Shown here one piece after another: positions 23,301-34,655 of a DNA stretch of 64,000 nucleotides (positions within the stretch are counted from its first letter, which is position 1; each line of letters opens with the position of its first letter). The position numbers were made by a program, and so were the translations under genes. Under the pieces are notes generated by a model. It was not told the DNA's origin. It saw nothing but the letters and a program-made list of their open reading frames with translations, and did not search any database. Source of the DNA: Amoebophrya sp. A120 (taxonomy: Eukaryota > Protista > Dinoflagellata); the NCBI GenBank assembly GCA_905178155.1, contig CAJINV010000003.1, forward strand, positions 1-64,000. The letters run 5' to 3'.

Positions 23301-25451
23301 CGCGAGCTCCTCGCGCTGGCGGCCTGTCCCGAGATTCCGCCCCTGGTCTCGCACGGAATCGGCCTGCTGACCGTTGCCTGCGTCGGGCTCTACCTCGCCA
23401 GCAACCTCTCGGTCGCGGTGTCGATGGGGTTTTTGGCGGCCGGCGATGTTCCCGACCCCGCGGGCGGACCGGGCACTGCTGCAACCCGTCGGGTGTCGGT
23501 GCTCGTGCCGGATATGTTCGCGTTCGCGCTGGCGAACAGCGTGACGGACATGTGGAGTGCGAAGTGCTACCTGTTCGCGGTCGCAATCCTGCTTTTCTCC
23601 GGGGTGTGGCCCTACGTGAAGTTGTTCGTCATTTTGAAATGCTGGTACGCGACGCCGAGGAAGGTGGTGGGTCCGGACGGAGCCGGTAGTGCCAGAGCAC
23701 GAAGGGGTCACCAGCAGTTTCGCGAACTCTTTTCCCGGTTTTCCACGAAGCAGCGGGAACAGTGGCTGGAAATCTTGGACGCGTCGTATGAAAATGAAAA
23801 ATCCCGCCTCCCCATACCAAAACGGAAATTTGTGATGCTGATTTGTGACCACAAATCAGCTTTGTATTGCAGAGAGGCACTGCGGCCAGATCCCCAGGCT
23901 AGGTAGGGGCGTATGGGTCTAGTAGTTCAGCATGGCAAACGCCCCCCCTTTAGGCCCAGCAGCATGACAAATCGCTTCCATAATGGGGCGGAAGCATCTG
24001 CCCTTGTCTTCTTGCAAGACAGGCGCGATTTGTGACCTTAAATCCGCAACGCAAATTTTTGGAAACATTACTTTTCAATATGGGGAGGGGGGATTTTTCC
24101 TCTCAATACGTCGGGCAAGGTGAGCCTCGTGGATTCTTTCGTGTTGGTTGTGTTCGCTGCCACTTTCCGCTTCGTCTGGCCGCTGCGCAACCCGGAAACG
24201 GGCGCCGAACTCGGTTTGGGCATCGACATCCTGTACGAGCTGCCGTTCTTCTTTTTCATTGCCGCCACCATCCTGATATGCATTGCAAAAGTATCGTACT
24301 GGTATAAATTGCATTGCAAATTTTCGCAAGAACAAATACAAAAATGCAATTTTTCATGCTATTTCAGGTAGAAAAATGGATTTGTCATGCATATCTGCAA
24401 TTAGTACGAGAGCGATACTTTTGCACAGGATACCTGAGTCTGGTGTTGGGCCACGTGGTGCTGTTCGTGCACCGGTTCGTGCTCAACCAGCACGTGCGGC
24501 AGAACGGGCTGCAGCGCCGCACCCCCTTATGGGAGATGGCGGGCCACAACCGAGGGTACAAGAACCGCGTGGCGGCGGCGCTCGTTTGCCTGTTGGTAGT
24601 GCACGTCCACGGTTTTACGCTGCCCATGGTGCGGTTCCACTTTGCCGGGGCCGCGAGTGTGTTGAACCAGTTGACGGGGCAGCCCAACACCGCTGCGTAT
24701 TCCCTGCTGGACCTCGCGCGGGGGCTGGAGAAGAGCAAAAACACAGGGTTCATCCAGGTGGTGGTCTATCTGTTTGGGTTCGGCTTTCCCGTGCTGTTCG
24801 TCGTGGGCCTGTTCCTGCTGTGGGTACTGCCCCTCCGCCCGAGCCAGCACTACTTCGGCTTCCTCTGCTGTCAGACGTTGCGGGCGTGGGCGGGCTTGGA
24901 CGTTTTTGTGCTTTCCGTGGCGTTGCTATCTCAAGGAAGAAAGAGGTGTGGCGTGGACTGGTCCAACGTTCTTGTTGCAGCCGCGGAGCACCATGGTTGC
25001 AGATAAAAAGTGTTTTAGTATGTTCATCTGCGTCAACATGTTGGGCAAAAGAGTTTATAATATAATGCCGCAAAGTCAACTGCATCTAGCGCTGGCATTG
25101 CAAAACAACCTGTCCTCCACATCATTTTTTTTTTTTGTTTGATTTCGTGCCGCCTCGCAGTGCGACCTGTTCGTGCGGTTCATTGTGCATTTCGGGAGTT
25201 TGGCGCCGGTGTGCCAGGCGCTGGAGAAAAACACGGGGTGGAACTGCTTCGAAGTGGTTGCGGAGGCGGAGTGGCTCAATGTCACCTATCTGCTCTTCTT
25301 CACGGTCGTGGCCACGCAGGCGCTCGGGGTCACCGTCTGCAATGCAATCTCGAAAATTCGCAGCGAAGAAACCCGGTCCGTCGTGCTGCAGCACGTTGCG
25401 CCGCCCTTGGCAGACGTCACGGAAAGCCGCGGAGCGGATACTGCTAGCTGA
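20360..25451 (+). CDS. Multi-pass membrane protein with two PqiA-like (paraquat-inducible protein A) domains and a large N-terminal luminal region
   Basis: Signal-like MRWVFRAQIFMLLLPSL; motifs NSVTDMWSAKCYLFAVAILLFSGVWPYVKL, ILDASGKVSLVDSFV (formed only after removing 23787-24108) and LRAWAGLDVFVLSV; four non-canonical interruptions. Confidence 0.7.
21241..21503. mobile_element. Introner family A
   Basis: Flanks caacg/cagcg; removal gives PLVQRWLEQ. Confidence 0.9.
23787..24108. mobile_element. Introner family D (TIR TATnnnAGGAAAAATCCCCCCTCCCCATA)
   Basis: Perfect flanks cgtcg/cgtcg; removal gives ILDASGKVSL. Confidence 0.9.
24277..24432. mobile_element. Introner family E (TIR TATnnnnTGCAAAAGTATCGTACT), 156 bp
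   Basis: Perfect flanks cctga/cctga; removal gives ATILSLVLGH. Confidence 0.9.
24927..25145. mobile_element. Degenerate introner-like interruption (boundaries uncertain)
   Basis: tatctcaaggaagaaagaggtgtggcgtggac is loosely complementary to gtcctccacatcattttttttttttgtttgat; separates two coding segments; no clear direct repeat. Confidence 0.45.
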
Positions 25452-26482
25452 GTATCTATAATGTCGTTGTCGTTGATGAAAAACAATTACACGACCTTGT
25501 GGGAAGAACGCACAAGAAGCAAGTCGTAGACACAGGTACAACTAGGAGGAGGACGGCAGTTCAACTGCCTTCCTGTGAAGATCGTGTACTGCAAGCGGGG
25601 CTGTTGTACTATCCCAACTAGCGCTGCATTGCAGATAAAGGTGATAACTTCGTGCTGTTTGTATATGAATATCTTGCCGCGGCTGTCACACGGTAGAAGT
25701 TTTCGGTCTATTTCTAGCCTATGTTCCACCTGGTCGCACACTGTGCAAGCCCGGCGAGCGCAGCAAAAACATGTAGACCATGATTATCGTTCTCCGATGA
25801 AACGCCGTGATGAAGAACAACTGGCTCATCTCGTACAACTTAGTTGTTTGGATATTGTCCGCTCTGCTCTCGTCTTCTCGGCTTCGTTGTTAATCACCAA
25901 AAATCGTCCACCGTTCAAAAAAAGGTCTATCATATGTTGGATCACTTGATCTGAAGAAAGGTTTTCGTTCGTAATTCGTACGGTTTTCCATTCGTGCAAC
26001 ACAGTATAGGTTTGAACTTGTGATGAAACCTGAAATGAAATCGTTCTTTTGCTGTGTCGTCCATCGCTTCATCGTCCCCTTCGTCTTGTTTTGCTGCAAA
26101 ATTTGTTTGTTTGAAACGGTAGATCTGCAAAGAAAAAAAGAATGTCTATGTCATTGGAATTGCACCAGACCCCCCGATATGAATTCTAACCCCCTGGAAA
26201 AATTATATTCAATCCCTTTTGATTAACACTAAACCCATTCCCCTCCGTGTTGGATGAGATCAGATACACACACACCCAGCACCGGACTGCAAGAAGTGTC
26301 TCCGGTCGATTACTTAAAATGAAGACCGGTTGCGAAGATGTAACGTAGTCCTTACCTCGCCTTGTCATGAAAGGCAATGATGGCTCTTATTTCAACGCTT
26401 CAAGCAGTTCTTCCTTGCTAGTCGCGGTGTTTGCCTCACTGGCTTCCGTTCGCTCCCACTGAAAAAACGGTGCTGGTGGACC

Positions 26483-29400
26483 ATGCGAAAGAAGTTTGAG
26501 GCGTTGACCACTGGTGGTGGTGGTGGTGGAAGTAGAGCCTCTCGGGGGGCGTTGCTGGTCGGCTTATGGTGCGCGATGGATTTCCGGTCCACCCCGCTGG
26601 GCTATCGCGTTGGCATCAAGAGTTCCTCTCGGAAAGTAAACTCCGCCACCATCCTCCGCAGCCGTGCTACTGGGGATACTACGAGTCGACCCCGGTCGCG
26701 CTTGGAGCAGGGTCTGAAAAAAGTGCCGCAACATGCGCCGGCTGCCGAAATTGTCGGCGAGGGTGAGGAAGGTCGAGCAGGTGTGGAGCCGGCTGCCGAA
26801 AATGTCAGCGAGGACGACGAGGGAAGAGCACGTGTTGAGCTGGCTGCCGACATTGTCAGCGAGAACGTTGTTGGACGCGTAGTTGGGGAGCCACGCGACG
26901 GGCGGGAGCCAAGCTTTGCCCAGGTTTCTACTTCAATAACTAACTGGGAAGATATCGAAGCGACGAATCAGAACGAACCTTGGGTCACAAGACTTCTGGA
27001 TTTATGTAAAAAAGATCAGGATCCTAATTTTTTTCCTCAGAACTGTTGGAACAATGTCGACACGTGCCAAGTGCTGAAAGGGTATGAGTTCAAGGCTGGA
27101 AGTGGCACCATAATGGCGGACTTCAACCTCTGGGGGAAGGGCGATCTTGTGGGCGCCGGCACAGAAAGGAACTATGATCCCCTGGTGGGTACGACGGAGG
27201 CCGACAAGGGGGTGATACTGGCGCGAAACGGGAACGGGATCGACACCTTTTATCCTGCATTGGATTGGGTGGAACAGTGCCAGAATCTCTGCGCTGCATG
27301 GCCCAACACGGGACGATTCACCGGTCATGGCGAGCAAAAGTGCGTCGCCTGGCAGGTATACACATACAAGCCAGGGGTGCATGGAGTATCCAGCGCAACT
27401 ACGTATCGCGAGCCCCGAACGGCTGGAATCGCCTGCCGACTTTACAGCAAGGTGCCTCCCGGTTCCGACCAAATCGTTCCGAATTACGAGTACACGCAGG
27501 GCGGGGACAATCATGCTTTTTCAACAGGAACGACAATAGTAAGCAGACTTGGAACACCTTGCTCCAGGGACGCGACGGACTTTAGCAAGTGCGAGTCGGA
27601 AACATACGGATTGTTTCTGGATTGGCCAGACGGCGCGACGGGGGAACAAACGCACCCCGACGGTGGCATGTTTAAGCGCAACGCACGAGTAAACCCCGGT
27701 GATTGGCAGAACGCTATCAAAGACCAAGGTATCTTTAAAGATGTGGAAATCAATCTACAGACAAACGAACAAACTGGTGTTGTCACCGGGCTGCCGCGAC
27801 TGGGTCCCCCAGGTAGTGGAGAGTGGAAAGTCAAAGGAATTGAGATTGGATCCGGACAACAAGCTATCGAGTGGGAACAGACTCCGGGGGACCTGGCAGG
27901 TCGCTGGGTGGAGTACCTCCAGCCCCGCGGTGGGGCTCTAGCCCCGGGCCACGGCTTTTGGATCTGCCTGGCTTATTGTCGGATTACGCCATGGTGTCTC
28001 GGAATGAGCGCAGGAATTGGGCACTGGGAATGGGGTTACGATGGTTGCTGGCTTCGCGAATTGCAGCCCGCAGACAGAAAATATCCCGTCCGATGGGATC
28101 CGAATGATGATCGCGCGGAAGTCCATTCCGTATACAGCATCTGCAGCGTGGGCAAATTCCAGCCTCTTCTACCGGAAGAGCAGCCCCCGGAAACAACCCC
28201 GGCTCCGCCAACAACCCCAGCTCCAACGACCCCGGCTCCAACGACCCCGGTTGTCACGACCCCGGCTGTCACGACTACGGCCGCCCCCCATGTTCTCAGT
28301 ACGAGTACCACCACACCGGCAGCGATGAAAGAGGACAACACAACGTACGCGCAGGAGCAGACCGACGAGGAGTCGGACAATTGGTGGATCTGGATTCCGT
28401 TGGCGGCCCTTCTCTTGCTGTGTCTCTTGTGCCTGCTGTGCTCCTGCTGTTGCAAGGCGGACGAAGACGACGACGACGACGACGCGCAATCCCCGCTGGG
28501 CGCCCCCAGACGGGGGAGTGCGGTGCGCGGGCGGCGCGGCGGCGGAGGCAGGGGTGGCGGCCGTGACAGCGGTGGTCATTTCGGAACATCAAATAAGCAC
28601 CATCACCATCACCACCATCACCATGTGCACCGGGACAACAAGAAGATGAAGCTACTGCCCGAAGAGACCGAGCAGGCCCTTCTCGCGGAGGGCTTCAGCC
28701 CGTCCTACGCGAAGAAGCTGGCCAAGGTGATTTGCGACCCGGATCCGAAAAAGGACGACGACTCGTTACCGCCGCCAAAGCACCACCGCGACCTCGCGGC
28801 GCTGCAGAAAGCGCAGTTTGGCGGGTTCGAGAACGCCGCGGAGCTGCGGCAGGTATTTGCGGCGAAGGTGAAGGTGAAGCGGGACAACAAGTTGAAGGGG
28901 GCGGCGATGAAGGACCCCGGACTGGGGTACTGGGAGACGCTGCTGCGCGCCGACGGGTTCTCCCCGGCGTTCGCGAAGAAGGGCGCCAAGCGGCTCGCGA
29001 AAGCGCGGTCGGACGAGGCGCTGGAGGCTCCGGCGGACGACAAGGACCTGGCGCTGTGGCACCTGCGCGGGCTCGCGGGGACGGAGTGCGCCGCGGAGGT
29101 GAAGGGCGCGTTCCTGCGCGCGGCGACGAACAAAAAGGCTCCGCTGAACAAAAACCTGATCACGCCCGAATTCGGGGAGGCGGAGGCCATCGCGCTGGCG
29201 CACGGCTTCACGCCGGCGTTCGCCAAGACGCTGGCCACCGCGTTGACGGACACCAAGCCGGGCACGCCCGCCGCGAAGAAGAAGCTGCCGGCCTGGAAGA
29301 CGGAATCGGACCGGGACGTGCTAGATGCGCTGGGGCTGGGCCCCGTCGAGAAGGTGACGGTCCAGGACATGCTGCAATTCTTCTCGCCCCGCGTGCAGCG

Positions 29401-32400
29401 GAAGCGGCTGGCGACCAAGGCCGGGGACAAGGTGACCGTGTCGGCGAAGGAGTGCGAGGAGGCGTTGGTGAACTCGGGCGTGTCGTTATCCTTTGGAAAA
29501 ACGTGTCCACCCCCTAGTTGTCATGCAAATCTGCATGCGTAAAACGTCTTTCATGCGGAGCCCCATGAGAGGACGCATTGTCTAGCACTATTTTGGAATC
29601 TGTGATGCTCGAATCAGCATGAGAAGCTAGATTTGTGATGCTGCTGCACTAACAAAATGCGACTACATCGCGAGCCCAAACTTGGCATGCGCAACAGCCA
29701 AAACTTGTTGATTTGTGTTGCAGATGGCATCCCAACTTGACTACGGGGTCGTCGTGGGGACGTTTTTACATATGATAGTCGTCGATTTTGGCGCGGCGGC
29801 TGGCCCAGCAGGCGGCGGACCGGAACAACCGGAAGCCGCTGGACACGCAGAACCTCGACGAGCTCGACCAGAAGGCGCTGGCGGCCCTGGGGCTGGGCGG
29901 CACCGAGACCGCGACGGAGCTGCGCGGGCTGGTGGCGGTGAAGACCGCGAAGAAGAAGACGAAAAAGCGGGCCGCGAAGGTGGCGGCGGCGAAGGATTGG
30001 CGGCCCGAGCTCGGGGAGGTGGAAACCGCCCTGAAGGAGGTCGGGCTGTCGCCCAAGTATCGGAAGAAATTGGCCGCGCAGATTGTCAGCGCAAACCTGG
30101 ACCCGAGCTCCGTCATCGAGCGCCCCGAGGGTAAGGACCTCCGGATCGTGCTGAACTTCGGGTTTGGCCCGAAGGAGACCGTGATGGCGCTAAAGATGGC
30201 GCTCCAGCCCGCGAAGACCAAGCACAAATCGTCCAAGAAGGGGGCCGCGGCCAAGACGAGCTTGAAGTCGAACGATTCGGACGCGACCAGCAGCCGCACG
30301 TCCAAGGATTCCGCGCGGCTCTCCAAGCGCGGCAAGGGCGAAACGAAGCACAAACGCCACAAGGATAGCGGGAAGCTGTCCACCGCTTCGGAAAACAGCG
30401 GCCTCTCGAGTAGCAGCGCCCCCTCCAGCCGGGAGGGCTTCAAGAAGGACAAGAAGCAGGGGAAGAACAAAGACAGCCGGAAGGAATCCGACCTCGAAGC
30501 GGAGGAAACGTTCACGCCGGGGGGCCGGGTGCTGAAAGTGGACGGGGAGGACGACGGCTACGGCAATTTGGTGTTGAAAAAGAAGAAGAAACACCAGCAC
30601 AAGGACCACCACGACAAGAACAAGCCCGGGGTCTTCGCGGCGCCGAGCATAGGCCACAGCAAGCAGGACCACGAGGACCAAAACCTGGCTTCCTCCTCGC
30701 CCGCACTAACCGCAGACAGCTACGGACGCGAGGCCCGCGCGGTCTTCGAGAAGGCCATCCTCGCGCAGGGGCTGAGCCTATCAAATGCAAAAATGTCTGG
30801 GTCTGGAAATTTGTGATGCTAAAAGTGAATCATGATAGACGTACTGCAATACGCAGCTACGCATAACAAATTTTTTGGCTGCCATGTCTTACGTATTCCG
30901 CATGGCAAACTGCGTTTTTGAATGACAGGTAAGTAGAGGGCTTTTTCGTGCCTATGCAACGCAGATTCTCGAGTCATGCCAGACAATCATGACAAACTTG
31001 CATTCTTCCAGACTCAGACATTTTTGCATTTGATAGAGCCCGCACTACGCCAAGAAGCTGGCCAAGGCGCTGGCCAATCCGGACATTGACGAGAATTTGG
31101 TCTCTCTGCCCCCCGCGGTTGGCGCCGACCTGGAGATCATGTCGCAGACGATGGGCATCGACGGCACCGGCGTGGAGCACGCGCAGCTCGCCCGCGAAAA
31201 GTTTATCAAGGCCGCGAAGAAGTTGCCGCCCGAGGCGCTGCACCACAGCAGCTCCGACGACCAGTTGTCCGACGGCGCGCGGGGCGAGCGGGTGTCTGCT
31301 GCGCACGACGACGACGAGGAGGACAATATCCCTCCGGAGCTGCAGGCGCTCGCGGCCACATCGGGGTTCAACAACTTGACCTCCACTTTGTCCGGCTCCG
31401 TGCACAGTCTACCCTCCATCGACCTGAACCTGGCTTCCAATTTGCAGCTGGGGGAGGTGGAGCATATCTACCTCGTGTCCGGGTTCTCTCCCGCGTATGC
31501 GAAAAAGGCGGCGAAGCGGGTGGTGGCGAAGGATTCCGGGGTTGAGTTACCGGAAGAGGAGGACTACAAGGTGGAGGAGCATGAGGTGATATGCATTGCA
31601 AATATGTCTGGGTCTGGAACACTGCAACTTGTCATGCTAAAGCAGAAGCATGCTAAAATTTGTGTTGCATGATTGCCAAAAGCTGTGCACTTTCGACCAA
31701 GTTGAGAGGGAGTTTCTCATACAGGAGGGGCATGATAGAGACCTCACAGAATCTGTCATGCTAAATTTTGCATTTCAGACCTCAGGGGTCATGGAAAATC
31801 AGCATGACAAATTTTGCATTCTTCGAGACCCAGACATGTTTGCATTTGATAGGTGACGAAGGAGGACAAGAAGCTCTTGTCCGCGCTCGGATTCGAGAAC
31901 GACGGCGCCGCGACGCAGCACGAGAAGATGGACCACTTCATGAAGCTATGCATTGCAAATATGTCTGGGTCTGGATAAATTGGAATCTGTATTGCGCGTC
32001 TTGCACTCCTGTAAAATCTGTATTGCGTGACCGACAAAAGCGCGAATTCTCTGTCATGCAAAAACGCAGTTTCTCATGCGTATTACACATGAGGAAACGT
32101 CCTAAAAATTTGTCATGCTTGGCTGCTCTCAGGAGTATGCTCGATCATCGCCACTTAGCATTACAAGTTTCCAGACCCAGACATATTTGCAATGCATAGA
32201 AGCAGCTCGCCCGGGAGAAGAAGCGGGAGGCGCTGCAGGCAAAAGCCCAGTCCGGCTGTGTACCCTGGCTGTGCCCCGGCGACCGGGAGGCCCGGCGCGC
32301 TTTGCGGGAGCTGGAGGCCGAGATCGCGGCCGACGCCGAGGAGCACGACGCGCTGGAGTTCGCCGGGTTGGAGGTGGAGAACGCGGTGCACGAGGACGAG

Positions 32401-33452
32401 GCGAAGAAGGCGCTGGTCCGGGCCGGGGTGGACGAAAAGGCCGCGGAGAAGCTGGCGTCGAAATTAGCGGACGCGGATAACGTGGCACAGGAGCTGAGTG
32501 AGAAGGAGAAAAAGGAGCTGAAATCCGTCCTGGGCGACGCCGCAGACACGCCGGGGGTGGACTACGGCAAGGTGGCTTCCCAGCTGATGTCGCAGCAGGC
32601 GGACTGCTTCGTGGACTCGTTGTCGCCGGAGGCCTTCGAAATGTACGTGAACAGCAAACGGCTCGCGTCCAAATCCCCCATGTCCACACTGCTCTCGTCC
32701 TACGGCGCCAGTGGCGAGAGCGGCCTCTATGGATTGTAAAAATGTCTGGGTCTGGAAGATTGCAACTTGTCATGCTAAATCTGAATCATGCAGAAATTTG
32801 TGTTGCATGAGTGCCAAAAGGTGTCCACTTTCGACCAAGTTTGGAGGGAGTTTCTCATGCAGGATAGGCATGGCAGAGACCCCACAGACTCTGTCATGCT
32901 AGGTCCCGCATTCCAGACCTCACGAGTCATGGAAAACCTGCATGACAAGTTTACACTCTTCCAGACCCAGACATTTTTGCATTTCATAGCCTCGTCGGGG
33001 TGCCCATTTCCGATCTCAGCAGCAAGGAGTTCGCGAATTTCAGCCCGACGTCTTATCCTGAGCAAAAACGTCCCCTCCCCAGAGTCAAGATGGGAAATCT
33101 GCTAGACAAATCCACCAGATTTTTGTTTTTGTGCATGACAAGTTGTTTGGCCATGTAGTGTAATCCTGTTTGGCTAGCTCAGAAGCATCACAGATCTAGC
33201 ATAGCATGCTGGATCGAGCAGCACAAATTCCAAAACACGACTAGAAATTGCTTCTCATGGGTCTGCGCATGAGAAACATTTTAGGCGTGCAGATTTGCAT
33301 GACAGCTCGGGGGTGGGGACGTTTTTACAAATGACACGTCTTCGGCCTTCGTCAAGAGCGGACTGGCGTCGGATTTGGCCAGCGAGCCACTCTCCGCTGC
33401 GCAAAAGCGCGAGATCATGAAATCAAGAATACGAGAGCAGTGCAACTTCTGA
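26483..33452 (+). CDS. Single-pass membrane protein: two PAN/apple-like modules, Pro/Thr stalk, TM helix with Cys cluster, long cytoplasmic helical-repeat tail (paralog 1); six introners
   Basis: CQNLCAAW..KCVAWQVY..ACRLYS and CLAYCRITPWCLGM..GCWLR; PTTPAP stalk; WWIWIPLAALLLLCLLCLLCSCCCK; repeated G(F/L)SPxxAKKLA; six perfect 5-bp-repeat excisions give one frame collinear with paralog 2, ending EQCNF*. Confidence 0.85.
29487..29777. mobile_element. Introner family C (opposite orientation to 33054 copy)
   Basis: Flanks gtcgt/gtcgt; removal gives NSGVSSILARRL. Confidence 0.92.
30779..31035. mobile_element. Introner family A
   Basis: Flanks gagcc/gagcc; removal gives GLSPHYAKKLA (paralog: GLTPAYAKKLA). 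Confidence 0.93.
31590..31851. mobile_element. Introner family A
   Basis: Flanks ggtga/ggtga; removal gives HEVTKEDKKLLSALGF. Confidence 0.93.
31947..32198. mobile_element. Introner family A
   Basis: Flanks gaagc/gaagc; removal gives FMKQLAREKK (paralog: FMKQTAQEKK). Confidence 0.93.
32728..32988. mobile_element. Introner family A
   Basis: Flanks gcctc/gcctc; removal gives ESGLVGVPISDL. Confidence 0.93.
33054..33336. mobile_element. Introner family C
   Basis: Flanks cgtct/cgtct; right end is ACA rather than ATA; removal gives FSPTSSAFVKSG. Confidence 0.9.
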
Positions 33453-34655
33453 AGCTAGTTGCTGGTTGTTCCACATAGAAAAGGACTTTTTTTATCGTAT
33501 TGGCCGCGAAAGAATGACAAGAACAATCTTCCCGTATGCTGGTTACAGCATACTAAAATCCAGAAGATATTAACGCAGGAGTTTTCGGAGGAGGCGAAGC
33601 TGAGATTTCAACAGTGCTACCCCAACAAGTCTCTCGCTTTTGCTTTTTCTGAATCATCAAATTTTAGTAAGTTTTTTTGCTTTTTTTCATTACTTTTCAG
33701 CTTTTTCGATTCCATACTTTTTTCCATACATTTGGCGCCCATTGATTTCCACAATGCGCAAATACGACCCCCCTCAAGACGTCGAAAATATATTCTCCCC
33801 TTATTCTCACAAACCTGACCCACCATAGAACGCGTTCACTAACGCAAGAGCCTTTCGGAGGCAGAACTCTTTATGGGCGCTCGTTCTATCCTTCTTTCCT
33901 GTGGTTACTTAGAAGCCTGCTTCTGTGTCGTCTTTCTAATTCGTTCCGGATTGATGAAGTTGTTCTTTGCCTCGTTTTTCGTTCCTCATGAATGTACCCG
34001 ATGAAACAAAAGTGTAAAGCAATCGTGCAACCAAGCCAAACTTCGTAGTCGTACCTTTCGTGCATTTTTCTCACATCATTCGTATGAAGTGCAGCGGTCA
34101 AAAAATCCGCTAACTCGCTTCACACTTTCTCGTCGTTCTTTGTACCGAACATGTATGCAAACGCAGTTGTACTGCGCAAATTACCGCCGCTAGAGCATCT
34201 TCGAGGCAATCGCCATATTGAGATCATTTTTCTGATCGGCATTGCTGGCATTCCAGGACCCATACATAGTTACCTACACGACACTGCAGTAGTACAGCAT
34301 GATACGTCAATATACACCTCCAACCGCAATTGAATAGGCAAGCGCATGCGTGTCTCCAACTCTAAATTCAATGCTGGCTGTGCACTTGCGACGAGGAGAA
34401 TACTTGGGACGCATGTGCCGTACCGAAGGAAGATTTTGGAGGTGATGCTAGTTGACGCTTTACCACCTTTCTAAAACTAAAAAGTAAATTTTTTCGAACT
34501 GCGACGAGTGCTGGAGGTCGTCCAGAAAACGAATAATGTCGGGGTCGCACCACGGCGCGCCGTGTGTTTGCTTCGGGGTCGTGCTGCTGGTTGATCCACC
34601 TGCTGCTGATTGGACCACTTCCGGGTGAAGTTTTTTCTGTCGGCAAGGTGGAAAA

